A stretch of DNA of 64,000 nt from Desulfatiglandales bacterium (GTDB taxonomy: Bacteria; Desulfobacterota; DSM-4660; Desulfatiglandales; Desulfatiglandaceae), in NCBI GenBank assembly GCA_963666345.1, contig OY762721.1, positions 928,001-992,000 of the forward strand, read 5' to 3'. Of this stretch, positions 46,589 through 56,343 are shown piece by piece. Within the stretch, counting starts at the first letter, position 1. Every line of letters begins with the position of its first letter. The translations under genes and the position numbers were made by a program. The notes below the pieces were generated by a model. The model made no database searches. It was given only the letters and a program-made list of their open reading frames with translations, and was not told the DNA's origin.

Positions 46589-48595
46589 ATGCCCTCTGTC
46601 GAAAATCATGACCCACAGGCTAAGGAAAAAAAATTAAAGAATAGATCGGAACAACGAACTCCCGAAGGAATCTGGAAGGCAGCTTTAAGCGCGATTGCCG
46701 TAATTTTCGTTTTGTTCCAGGTCTATACAGGTTTTGCCGGGCCTCTTCCCAATTTGAAGCAGAGGGCGATACATGTCGGGTTTGCTTTAATACTGACATT
46801 TTTTATTATGAGGCCTTCAAAGAAAAAGACGGAACACCCGTGGGACTCAATATTTCTCGGCATGGATGTAATTTTTGTTTTGTTCGTGGTTTTCTCATGC
46901 GGTTACATCTTTTTCAACTATAACTGGATAATGGAAAACCCTGCCGAGTCAACGCCTACACAGCTTTTTCTTGGAACGGCAGCCATGATTCTTGCTTTGG
47001 AGGCAGGCAGAAGAACCATAGGAATAGCATTCCCGATCCTGACCATTATTTTTCTCTTTTACGCGCTGTTCGGCCAATACATTCCGGACATCCCGTTAAT
47101 AGGGGATTCCCTTTCCTATTGGGGTCATAGAGGCTTCAGCGTGAAGCACATCATTCAGGTTATGTATCTGAGCGACAAGGGCCTATGGGGGTTTGTAACA
47201 GGGGTATCTTCAACAATCGTTGCAATATTCATAATCTTTGGAGGATTTCTCCTTGCTACAGGCGCAGGGAACACATTCATGGATTTGGCGGTCAGGCTGA
47301 CCGGAAGATTTGTAGGGGGGGCCGCAAAGGTTTCAGTGCTGGTAAGTGCTTTTTTTGGAATGCTTTCAGGCTCTGCAGTGGCAAATACCGCCACCACGGG
47401 AAATTTCACGATTCCCTTGATGAAAAAGCTCAATTACAAAAATGATTTCGCCGGAGGTGTTGAAGCCACGGCATCCGCAGGCGGGCAGATAACTCCGCCT
47501 ATCATGGGTTCGGCAGCCTTTCTGATGGCTGAACTCCTTGAAATACCTTACGTCAAAGTTGCGGTATGCGCTGCCGTACCCGCCTATCTGTTTTTCGCGT
47601 CTCTATTTTTTGCAATTCATTTTGAAAGCAAAAAACGCAATCTGGGAAAGGTGCCCAAAGAAAACATCAAACCTCTAAGTTATATAATAGGACCGTCCCG
47701 CTCCATACCCCTGATGATTCCGGTCATAATTCTGATTGCCCTGATGCTTCAGGGACGCACTCCGGAGACATCGGCCTTCTGGGCAATTGCATCCCTTTCA
47801 ATTCTCTTTGTCTTTTCAACACCAAAGATATCTGAAATGAAAGAAAGGGGCGTCAGGCTCATAAAGGGCATGGATGCCGTGGGCAGATCACTTATAAAAG
47901 TTGTTCCTCTTCTGATCTGCGCCAATATAATTGTCTCGCTCATAACCCTGACAGGCATTGGAGTAAATATCTCCGAAATCATAATGAGCCTCAGCGGAAG
48001 CCATGTTTATCTGGCCCTGGGCCTTGCCGCCGCAGTGGCCCTGCTGCTCGGCATGGGAGTTCCCACTCCTGCGGCATATCTTCTGGCCGCAGCTGTCGTG
48101 GCACCATCCCTTATAAGTATGGGATTCGACCCGATTGCCTCACATATGTTTGTCTTTTATTTTGCCATCCTGTCCGTGCTTACCCCTCCGGTCTGTCCCG
48201 GAGTATACATAGCGGCAGGGATAGCTGATGCGGACTGGCTGAAAACTGCGTGGGTGGCTGTAAGGCTTGCTATCGTGACCTATATCCTGCCCTTTATGTT
48301 CATTTCAAACACTTCCCTGCTGCTGCTTGGACCGACATCCAAAATAATCTGGTCTGTTGCAGCCGCGACAATAGGAGTCTACATGATTGCCGCGGGAATC
48401 ATGGGCTACCTGATCAGAGATCTCAACAAATTTATGCGGGCCCTCTTAATCGTGGGGTCACTGCTCTGTTTCAGTAATGACCCGGTAAAGATAGGCATCG
48501 GAATAATCTTCGGTGTATTTGTGTTTGTGTATCAAAATTACTTGAAAAAAGCAGAACTGAGAGATAGTGAAGCTTCAATCGGGGCCAACCCATGA
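46589..48595 (+). CDS. TRAP transporter fused (4TM/12TM) permease
   Basis: GGAAKVSV, SGSAVANTATTG, ASAGGQITPPIMG, LGMGVPT, LTPPVC. Confidence 0.92.
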   Translation: MPSVENHDPQAKEKKLKNRSEQRTPEGIWKAALSAIAVIFVLFQVYTGFAGPLPNLKQRAIHVGFALILTFFIMRPSKKKTEHPWDSIFLGMDVIFVLFVVFSCGYIFFNYNWIMENPAESTPTQLFLGTAAMILALEAGRRTIGIAFPILTIIFLFYALFGQYIPDIPLIGDSLSYWGHRGFSVKHIIQVMYLSDKGLWGFVTGVSSTIVAIFIIFGGFLLATGAGNTFMDLAVRLTGRFVGGAAKVSVLVSAFFGMLSGSAVANTATTGNFTIPLMKKLNYKNDFAGGVEATASAGGQITPPIMGSAAFLMAELLEIPYVKVAVCAAVPAYLFFASLFFAIHFESKKRNLGKVPKENIKPLSYIIGPSRSIPLMIPVIILIALMLQGRTPETSAFWAIASLSILFVFSTPKISEMKERGVRLIKGMDAVGRSLIKVVPLLICANIIVSLITLTGIGVNISEIIMSLSGSHVYLALGLAAAVALLLGMGVPTPAAYLLAAAVVAPSLISMGFDPIASHMFVFYFAILSVLTPPVCPGVYIAAGIADADWLKTAWVAVRLAIVTYILPFMFISNTSLLLLGPTSKIIWSVAAATIGVYMIAAGIMGYLIRDLNKFMRALLIVGSLLCFSNDPVKIGIGIIFGVFVFVYQNYLKKAELRDSEASIGANP

Positions 48596-48612
48596 TAACA
48601 TTACCGCAAGGA

Positions 48613-49026
48613 TTATACACCCTCAGGTGGTCTGCCCATCAACATGGGATTCTGTGTAAAACCATATTTTTCATATAATCGGTGCGCATCACCGGTCTGT
48701 AAAACCATCTGAGTCATCCGTATCTTGGGGTGTTCAATAATGCATGAGACCATCCATTTGCCCAATCCTTTTCCCCTGTGATCAGGATGAATAACGACAT
48801 CTGCTATCCAGGAAAACACGGTGTAATCACTGACCGCGCGGGCAAAACCAACCTGCTTATCCTCATACAATAATGAAAAGCACAATGAGGTTTTCACAAT
48901 CCTTTCCACCACATCGCGCGGTCGGCGATCTCCCCAATAGGTGTCTTTCAAAAGTTGATACGCGACATCAGTATCCACCCTGTCAAAATCATCGGTTAAA
49001 AGGAACTCATCCTTGATCCATTCCAT
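48613..49026 (-). CDS. GNAT N-acetyltransferase
   Basis: QVGFARAVSD, ADVVIHPDHRGKGLGKW, LYEKYGF. Confidence 0.9.
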   Translation of the reverse strand: MEWIKDEFLLTDDFDRVDTDVAYQLLKDTYWGDRRPRDVVERIVKTSLCFSLLYEDKQVGFARAVSDYTVFSWIADVVIHPDHRGKGLGKWMVSCIIEHPKIRMTQMVLQTGDAHRLYEKYGFTQNPMLMGRPPEGV

Positions 49027-49087
49027 TCTTTTTTCCCTTTCCTATGTCGAGCTTCTTTCGAATCAGCCCCTTTGCTTAATTCTCTCC

Positions 49088-49348
49088 TTACCCTTTGAGT
49101 CTTTCCGAAAGGAAATCCTTGAGCCTGTCTTTGTCCAACGACACCTCAAAGGGTATCAGTTCATCCTCAAACAGGACATTTGTTGAACTTCTGAAATTAT
49201 ATTCCCGGGCTTCTTCGGAATCGGTGGTATATATACCCAGATCTATTTTTTCTCCGAAAATCTCTTTTATATCCTCGGCTACGCCTATAGCCTTTTTGCA
49301 CGACATTCAATTGGGGTTTCCGCTGTGAAAAACTGTCGGTTCAGCCAT
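49088..49348 (-). CDS. Probable small selenoprotein with UxxC motif (thioredoxin/glutaredoxin-like), 86 aa
   Basis: RBS GGGAGGT before ATG 49348; MAEPTVFHSGNPN-TGA(49307-49309)-MSCKKAIG in frame with the 72-aa ORF; SECIS-like hairpin follows. Confidence 0.75.
49277..49292 (-). promoter_or_regulatory. Candidate bacterial SECIS hairpin
   Basis: GGCUAU-AGGC-GUAGCC starting 14 nt after the UGA, with G in the apical loop. Confidence 0.6.
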
Positions 49349-49597
49349 AATTACCTCCCTTTTTCAGATTTCATTTTCAGATTCACGTCAACTTGAGAGA
49401 CTAGCCTTCTTTTCAACCGTATATGAGCAGCAAAGTGAGAAGCGGTTCCTGTCTTTCGGCTTTTTTTATATACTCCCTTTTATCTCCAATGATATATAAC
49501 CCAATTCCTGGCCCTTTTTCAACACCTCATTAACCTATTTCATGGGGTTATCTTGGAGCGGTCCTGCCCCCCCCCGGACAACATCACGTAAAGTGAA

Positions 49598-49891
49598 TTA
49601 ATAGCTATTTGGGTTGGTATCATTACGTGAATGTATATAATCAACGAGAACATCATTGATTTTTGTCTGCCAGCCCTTGCCTTGAAGTTTAAAATAGTCA
49701 ATGACTTCACGGTTAAGCCTTAGACTAAGCTGTTTCTTTGTCGGAGCCACTTGAGGGCCGCGCACACGTGACGGAATATCAGGATGGGCCTTGCTGACCG
49801 CTTTCATCCCGGATATTATCTTTTTGGAAAGAGGGGGAGAATCAACGGCGTCCCAGTCCCCTTGTTTTATATTTTCAGGTTTTTTCTTCAT
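49598..49891 (-). CDS. brnA: BrnA-family antitoxin
   Basis: RGPQVAPTKKQLSLRLNREVIDYFK..GKGWQTKINDVL. Confidence 0.88.
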   Translation of the reverse strand: MKKKPENIKQGDWDAVDSPPLSKKIISGMKAVSKAHPDIPSRVRGPQVAPTKKQLSLRLNREVIDYFKLQGKGWQTKINDVLVDYIHSRNDTNPNSY

Positions 49892-50145
49892 AATATCTCC
49901 TCTCACGACTATTTGCCCTGCGAAGGCTGATTAAACGAATATTTTTGCCCCGCAAGGCATATATTAAGACATGGAGACGATTGTCGATATTACCGAGCGC
50001 GATCCATCTCTCTTCCCTATAATCAGCTCGATCATCAATGGTTTCAATCGCTGATTCCCATTGGAAGCGTTCAGCATCCAAAAAAATCCACGTTGTGTTT
50101 AATATAATTGGCAATTCTCTTATTTTCGTCCCATTCATATTTCAT
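49875..50145 (-). pseudogene. brnT: BrnT-family toxin, frameshifted in a T7 homopolymer
   Basis: ATG 50145 gives MKYEWDENKRIANYIKHNVDF and then shifts frame at the A7 run (50080-50086); the body has DYREERWIALG and IRLISLRRANSRE. Confidence 0.8.
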
Positions 50146-50440
50146 GGTATATTGTATCTACAATAAAGTTAATTGTCAAATCAATTGCTGATATAAAATT
50201 ATTGAGAAAGTGAACGTCTTGTTCATTGATTATCAAGGATAAAATGAGGAAAAGATCATGCCTGCCGGCTGGAGGCGGATATCTGTCTTTTAAATGCCGA
50301 TGACCTGCAATACCCTTTTCGGTACCAAAAACGGCCGTATAGAGCCTGTTTTCGGCCCTTTCCCGATACTTTATTCACCAATTTTAATTACCTCGGCCCG
50401 ATCCCGCGTGCCCCAGCGACACCGATTTTTCACGGGGCTT

Positions 50441-50743
50441 TTAGATGAGCATTTCAATATCAATTTCCAGTTCCCTTGCGATTGCCTTCAAAGTATCAAT
50501 TGTGGGATTTTTTTCCGTTCTCTATCTGAGACAGATAGGCTGAACTGATACCAACCTTTTTAGACAACTCATTCATTTTGATTTGCTTTTTTCTTTCTCC
50601 ATGCACGGATGGGATTAATGCCGTCAAGAATTGCAAAGGTGACTTCGCCCGGAGCTGTTATTTCTTTACCCACCTTTATAGCCCTTAAATTTTCTTCGAT
50701 TTCTTTTATATCTTCCGCATATTCCCCTGAGCGGCGTACGGCA
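50441..50743 (-). pseudogene. Degenerate XRE/HigA-like HTH gene, 5'-truncated, two frameshifts
   Basis: Fragments PGEVTFAILDGINPIRAWRK / KMNELSKKVGISSAYLSQIENGK / NPTIDTLKAIARELEIDIEMLI in successive frames, broken at A-runs. Confidence 0.7.
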
Positions 50744-52648
50744 CTACTCCATAGGGGTTTTGCCCAGCATCTTTCTAAGCTCATCTCCCTGCACACTTTC
50801 CTTTTCAGAAAGGAGACGGGCCAGATCGTCCAAAACATTGCGTTGAGCGGAGAGGATTCCTCGAACCCTTTGATGGGCTTCCTCGACGACCCGGGAGATT
50901 TCTTCATCGATCTGGCCGGCTTTCTCTTCACTGTAGGTTTTATTGGGAGCAAAACTGTCCGGCAGGAACATAGCCTGGCGCGGGCGCTCATAGCTCACCA
51001 GTCCCAGGCGGTCGCTCATGCCGTACTCCGTGACCATTGACCGGGCAATATCCGTAGCCCGTTGTAAGTCGTTTTGGGCCCCTGTGGAGACTTCTCCGAA
51101 AACCAGCTCCTCCGCTACCCTGCCTCCCAAAAGAACGCCCAGCCGGTCCAGCAGCTCCGAGCGGGTCATTAAGTAGCGGTCCTCCGTGGGCTGCTGCTGG
51201 GTATATCCAAGAGCTGCAATTCCCCGGGGAATAATGGAAATTTTGTGCACCGGGTCGGCATGCTCAACAGACTCGGCCACAATCGCATGTCCGGACTCAT
51301 GGAAGGCGACAATTTCTTTCTCCTGAGAATTCATCACCCGGTTCTTTTTCTGAAGACCCGCAACCACCCGGTCGATGGCCTCGTCGAAATCCGCCGGCTC
51401 TACCGTTTCTTTGTCTTTCCGGGCGGCCAACAAGGCCGCCTCGTTTATGAGGTTAGCCAGGTCAGCTCCCACAAAGCCCGGAGTACGGCCGGCGAGCATA
51501 CGGAGATCGACATCGGGAGACAGGAGAACATTACTGGAATGGATTTTCAGGATGGCTTCCCGCCCGTTGATATCCGGGCGGTCCACCAGGACCTGCCGAT
51601 CAAACCGTCCCGGGCGCAGCAAGGCAGTATCCAAGATTTCCGGCCGGTTGGTGGCGGCCATGATGATGACCCCTTTATTCGTTTCAAATCCATCCATCTC
51701 CACCAGGAGTTGATTGAGCGTCTGTTCTCGTTCGTCATGCCCACCCATGACATTCATTCCCCGGGCTTTCCCCAACGCATCCAGTTCATCGATAAAGATG
51801 ATACAGGGGGCCTGGCCGGCGGCCTGGGCGAAAAGATCGCGAACACGGGCTGCTCCCACCCCGACAAACATCTCCACAAACTCGGACCCGCTGATGCTGA
51901 AGAAGGGAACCTTCGCCTCCCCGGCCACGGCCCTGGCCAGAAGGGTTTTGCCGGTACCCGGAGGGCCGACAAGAAGCACCCCTTTGGGAATTCTCCCACC
52001 CAGTTTCTGGAATTTCCCGGGGTTACCCAAGAATTCCACGACTTCCTGAAGCTCTTCTTCGGCCTCATCGATTCCAGCCACATCGGCAAAAGTGACCTTC
52101 GTCTCACTCTCGGCAAATATCTTGGCCTTGCTCTTGCCAAATGACATGACCCCCATCCCCGCCCCCATCTTTTTCATTGCGAATCTCCAGATCAGAAAAA
52201 AAATGCCGATGGGAATGACCCAGGAGAGAATGCTGCTCAGGAATTTACTCTCATAGTGCCCTGAGTAACTGACCTTGCGATCATCCAGATCCTTCACCAG
52301 GTCGGGATCATTCACCCGAACCGTGGTGAACGCCTGGTCCTGGCCCGGCTTTTTCCCTTTTCCTTTTAGCGTTCCGCGGATGTTTTCCGGGCCGATGGTC
52401 AATTTGCTCAAGGTGCCTTCGGCTATGTATTGTTTAAATTGGCTGTAGGGAATCGTCTCCACCTTTGCAGAAAAAAAGTTTTGTTGGAGGTAGGAAAATA
52501 GAAGGAAGGCCATCAGGAAATACCAGATGCTGAAATGAGCCTTAGGAGGTAAGGCATTCTTCCTTTTCCGGGGATCCTTGGGGCTGAAGATTGAACGAAA
52601 CTTATCTTTCAAAATTTCCCCCGGTTCCTTTTTCCCATTGGATGACAT
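50744..52648 (-). CDS. ftsH: ATP-dependent zinc metalloprotease FtsH (paralog 1)
   Basis: [44 protein letters not shown]; likely start ATG 52648. Confidence 0.95.
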   Translation of the reverse strand: MSSNGKKEPGEILKDKFRSIFSPKDPRKRKNALPPKAHFSIWYFLMAFLLFSYLQQNFFSAKVETIPYSQFKQYIAEGTLSKLTIGPENIRGTLKGKGKKPGQDQAFTTVRVNDPDLVKDLDDRKVSYSGHYESKFLSSILSWVIPIGIFFLIWRFAMKKMGAGMGVMSFGKSKAKIFAESETKVTFADVAGIDEAEEELQEVVEFLGNPGKFQKLGGRIPKGVLLVGPPGTGKTLLARAVAGEAKVPFFSISGSEFVEMFVGVGAARVRDLFAQAAGQAPCIIFIDELDALGKARGMNVMGGHDEREQTLNQLLVEMDGFETNKGVIIMAATNRPEILDTALLRPGRFDRQVLVDRPDINGREAILKIHSSNVLLSPDVDLRMLAGRTPGFVGADLANLINEAALLAARKDKETVEPADFDEAIDRVVAGLQKKNRVMNSQEKEIVAFHESGHAIVAESVEHADPVHKISIIPRGIAALGYTQQQPTEDRYLMTRSELLDRLGVLLGGRVAEELVFGEVSTGAQNDLQRATDIARSMVTEYGMSDRLGLVSYERPRQAMFLPDSFAPNKTYSEEKAGQIDEEISRVVEEAHQRVRGILSAQRNVLDDLARLLSEKESVQGDELRKMLGKTPME

Positions 52649-52705
52649 ATTCCCCCCCTTCATACTTACAAAAATTGATATCAACGAAAAGAACCCTTGC
52701 TTGCA

Positions 52706-54184
52706 CTATGCCGCCGCGCACATGCAGTCAATTAGTTCGCTTACGTTAATGGTTGCTATGCCGCACCTAACATCAGACATGCCATAGGGAATGACCAGGT
52801 CGCTATTGTGGAAAATCGCGCCGCAGGTATAAACAACATTTGGGACATACCCCTCGCGCTCTTCCTCACGCGGTGCAAGTAACGGCTCTTCAAGGCGGGC
52901 GATGACTCTTGCCGGGTTTTCAAGATCGAGCAGCATGGCGCCGATACAATACTGCCGCATGGGTCCGACACCGTGGGTGAGCACGATCCAGCCTTTATCG
53001 GTCTCCAGGGGGGAGCCGCAGTTGCCGATCTGGATGAACTCCCAGGGACGTGTAGGCTCCTGGATGATTTTGGTCTCCTGCCAGAAATGGATATTGTCTG
53101 AGAACATGATATGATTATTTTCACCGTCCTGGCGGGAAAGCATAACGTAGCTGCCGTCAATTTTGCGCGGGAAAAGAGCCAGGCCCTTGTTTTTTACTGC
53201 TTTGCCGTTGAGCGTAATAACTTTAAATCTAATAAAATCCTTTGTTTCAATCAACTGAGGGAGTATGTTAAAGCCATTATACGCCGTATAGGTCGCATAA
53301 TAGGTCACTTCACCGTTGTCATCAAAAAATTGCACGAACCGGGCGTCTTCAATGCCGCCGCTTTCGTTTTTTGAAACGGGAAAGATGACCCGTTCGGATA
53401 TTTTGTAATCGGGTCGGAAACTCATCTCATAATTGGAGTTGGCAAGCCAGTACATGATCTCGAAGGTTCCGTTTTGGCGATCCTCAGAGAAAACGGGTCT
53501 TTCGCGAAGAGCTCCGATTTTTTCTTTTAATTCATTATAGGTGAAACCTTCCTGCAACTGGTCAAGAATATGCGCTGTTACCTCATTGCAGACCTCCATT
53601 TCATTGAGTTTCAGCTCGAAGAGATGCCGGTCGTAAACCGAATTTAAACGGACGTCAGGCCTCTCGACATAATCGCTGGTCGGGTCGAAGATAAACGTAT
53701 TGTCCCGATCAAGGACGCCGCTTCGAAATACAATAGAGGACACATGGCCTTCGCCGATTGCCCTCAGGCTCATGATAAAGCGCAAGCTGCCTTCGTCCAG
53801 ATCGCCTTGATCAGGGTGCAGGACGATGGAAGGGTTGAAAAGGGCGGCCGATTCTATGGAGTACTCCATGGTAAAATAGGCCCCGATGAGAGCCCTTTGA
53901 ACATCACTGAGCATTGCATCCCGGGGAACATGATCTCTTACCTCATTCAGGTTACGCTCAAAAATGCGTCTGATGTCTTTGTGCCGCTCTGAAAAATCAA
54001 GCATTATTTGTGCAAGGAGATCTTCGGCCGTAGTGTCAGGCAAGTCCAGTATGCGTTGAATGATTTTGGGTATGCGATTAACGCCGCTGGGAATATGAGG
54101 GCGGGATATAACGCGTGAAGTGTCTCCCCAAATTTTTATCTTTTTTCTTTTAACTTTTGAAATTAGATGATTTTTTTCTTGCAT
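52706..54184 (-). CDS. Glycoside hydrolase family 130 protein (long form)
   Basis: ALFNPS, SLRAIGEGHVSSI, GIEDARF, YATYTAY, KNKGLALFPRKI, QIGNCGSP, GYVPNVVY. Confidence 0.88.
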   Translation of the reverse strand: MQEKNHLISKVKRKKIKIWGDTSRVISRPHIPSGVNRIPKIIQRILDLPDTTAEDLLAQIMLDFSERHKDIRRIFERNLNEVRDHVPRDAMLSDVQRALIGAYFTMEYSIESAALFNPSIVLHPDQGDLDEGSLRFIMSLRAIGEGHVSSIVFRSGVLDRDNTFIFDPTSDYVERPDVRLNSVYDRHLFELKLNEMEVCNEVTAHILDQLQEGFTYNELKEKIGALRERPVFSEDRQNGTFEIMYWLANSNYEMSFRPDYKISERVIFPVSKNESGGIEDARFVQFFDDNGEVTYYATYTAYNGFNILPQLIETKDFIRFKVITLNGKAVKNKGLALFPRKIDGSYVMLSRQDGENNHIMFSDNIHFWQETKIIQEPTRPWEFIQIGNCGSPLETDKGWIVLTHGVGPMRQYCIGAMLLDLENPARVIARLEEPLLAPREEEREGYVPNVVYTCGAIFHNSDLVIPYGMSDVRCGIATINVSELIDCMCAAA

Positions 54185-54303
54185 TTCATTGTGTCCTTAG
54201 TGTTGATAGCGTCGATTGATATTTAATACACGCCGTCTTAAGACCTTCAATTCCAGCCTGTCCTCGAAGTTGATCCGGTCTGCGATCATCCGGCAATTAT
54301 CAT

Positions 54304-55245
54304 CTAAAGCGGAGGCCGGGAAACCGAAAGGCAGAGCGCTACCAATTCATCAATTACGGCCGTACCGGCGCACATGACCGTATCCGCGCCGCCCCAGTAT
54401 ATTTTTACCGTCCCGTCTTCTTCCGGAACAGCACCGCAGGTAAAGACGACATTGGGCACATAGCCGCTTACCTCCCAGGGATCCTCAGGCTGCAATATCC
54501 ACTGATCGGAAACACCGATGATGTTGGCCGGGTCCTTAAGGTCATGCAGGGCCGCGCCTAGTCGATACACTGTCCCGGACATCGTCTTAAAAACGCCATG
54601 GTAAATATGAAGCCAGCCCTTGTCGGTTTTAAACGGCGGTGCGCCGGGCCCGATTTTCATTTCATCCCAGTGATACGCCACCGGCTTCATAATCACCCGG
54701 GAATCGCCCCAGTGCACCAGGTCGGGAGAATAGGAAATCCAGATAGACCAGGGTGAAATTTCCGAATGCGGCCGGTCCAGACGCACGTATCTGCCCTGGA
54801 ATTTCTCAGGGAAAATGACTACATTGCGGAGGTCGGCCTGGGTGATCAGCGCAATTCGTTCCACTTTTTCAAAATCACGAGTGCGCGCCAGGGCAATCCG
54901 CACGCCGTGACGGGAATAGGCGCTGTAGGTCAGCAGGTACTCTCCCTCAACAGGGCAAATTCTGAGGTCCTCGACCCCGAATGCTTCATATTCGGCAAAA
55001 ACATTGTCCGTTGAAGGTATAAGAAAGGGTTTGGGATGAACCGTAAAAGAAAAACCGTCCTCGCTGTCGGCCCTGCCGATGATGGAGCGCCCGTTCAGCA
55101 GATGCGACCTGAAAAGCATAATGTAACGATCGTTGTGTTTGACGATGCCGGCATTGTGAACTGTAGCTACCGGATACGGCACATCCCTCCTTGTCAGTAT
55201 AGGGTTTTCGTTAGAACGCTTTATAATTGGGGGATGCGTTTTCAT
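54304..55245 (-). CDS. Glycoside hydrolase family 130 protein (beta-mannoside phosphorylase-like)
   Basis: NPIL, VHNAG, FGVEDLRI, VIFPEK, KIGPGAPP, GYVPNVVFTCG, YWGGAD. Confidence 0.9.
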   Translation of the reverse strand: MKTHPPIIKRSNENPILTRRDVPYPVATVHNAGIVKHNDRYIMLFRSHLLNGRSIIGRADSEDGFSFTVHPKPFLIPSTDNVFAEYEAFGVEDLRICPVEGEYLLTYSAYSRHGVRIALARTRDFEKVERIALITQADLRNVVIFPEKFQGRYVRLDRPHSEISPWSIWISYSPDLVHWGDSRVIMKPVAYHWDEMKIGPGAPPFKTDKGWLHIYHGVFKTMSGTVYRLGAALHDLKDPANIIGVSDQWILQPEDPWEVSGYVPNVVFTCGAVPEEDGTVKIYWGGADTVMCAGTAVIDELVALCLSVSRPPL

Positions 55246-56261
55246 AGTGGTCCGCCCTTTAGAATCATTTCATAGACTTGTATGTACTCATCGATCATGC
55301 GGTCGACCTTGAAATGACGTTCAACATGGCGACGACAGGTTGCGCGGTCAATCTCTTTAATGCGTGCAACAGTCTCAATGGCCTCGTCCACGTTGTTGAC
55401 CAAAAAACCGTTTTTGCCGTTTTCGATAAGTTCAGGCATGCTGCCCCTATCAAAGGCGATCGCTGGGGTACCGCAAGCCATGGACTCTATAATCGACAGT
55501 CCGAAAGGCTCGTTAAAATTTATGGAATGCAGAAGCGCGTATGCCTTGCCTAGCAGCTGGTTGCGCTGAACCGGCCCGACGCTGCCGACATAAATAACCA
55601 TGTCGTTGTCTATGTGAGGGGCGACATATCGGTCATAGTAACCCTGGTCCTGGATGATTCCCGCCAATATCAGCTTTTTATTGCAGGCCCTGGCAATTTC
55701 AAGGGCCTCTCTGGCACCCTTGTCATGGTGGATGCGCCCGAAAAAAAGCAAATAATCATCCGGTTCAGGCTGAAAATCAAACTGCTCGATATCAATTCCG
55801 TGATGGATGGTTTTGATATAATCAAGATCCGGCGATCGATCGGCATCGCTGATTGAAACATAGAACGCTTTGCCGTTGTATTTTTTGTAAACCGGCAGAA
55901 TCCCGGGCGATGAAAAGCCGTGAATGGTGGTCACTACCGGGGTGGTGGTAAGGCCGATATAGGTCAGAGGCAGGAAATCAAAATGGTTATGGATCATGTC
56001 GTATGCATCGGCATGCTCAAAGAGTTCCGAAATGTGCAGGCACTCCCATACTTTTGGTATGAGTGAGCGGTCTTCTTCATAACCCCGCGGGCAAACGGCA
56101 TGCAGTCTGCCGCCGGTCTGCGAATCCGCGGTTGCAAACAAGGTAACGTCATGACCGCGCGCTACCAGCCCCTCGGTTAATAGAGAGGTCACGTTTTCCC
56201 ACGGCCCGTAATGTCGCGGCGGTGTGCGCCAAGCAATGGGCGAGAGCATTGCGATATGCAT
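55242..56261 (-). CDS. Glycosyltransferase family 4 protein
   Basis: PPRHYGPWE, FFGRIHHDKG, EPFGLSIIESMACGTP. Confidence 0.92.
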   Translation of the reverse strand: MHIAMLSPIAWRTPPRHYGPWENVTSLLTEGLVARGHDVTLFATADSQTGGRLHAVCPRGYEEDRSLIPKVWECLHISELFEHADAYDMIHNHFDFLPLTYIGLTTTPVVTTIHGFSSPGILPVYKKYNGKAFYVSISDADRSPDLDYIKTIHHGIDIEQFDFQPEPDDYLLFFGRIHHDKGAREALEIARACNKKLILAGIIQDQGYYDRYVAPHIDNDMVIYVGSVGPVQRNQLLGKAYALLHSINFNEPFGLSIIESMACGTPAIAFDRGSMPELIENGKNGFLVNNVDEAIETVARIKEIDRATCRRHVERHFKVDRMIDEYIQVYEMILKGGPL

Positions 56262-56343
56262 AGCTGATCCTTTTGTTAAATCGAGAGGTTTCTGTAATGA
56301 ATCATATCTTCAGTTTTTCCATGAAAGCATGCGGAGTGTCGTC

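Noticed and set aside
49558..49585. CCTGCCCCCCCCCGGACAAC resembling an IS terminal inverted repeat
   Set aside because: No partner repeat, target duplication or transposase found in the window.
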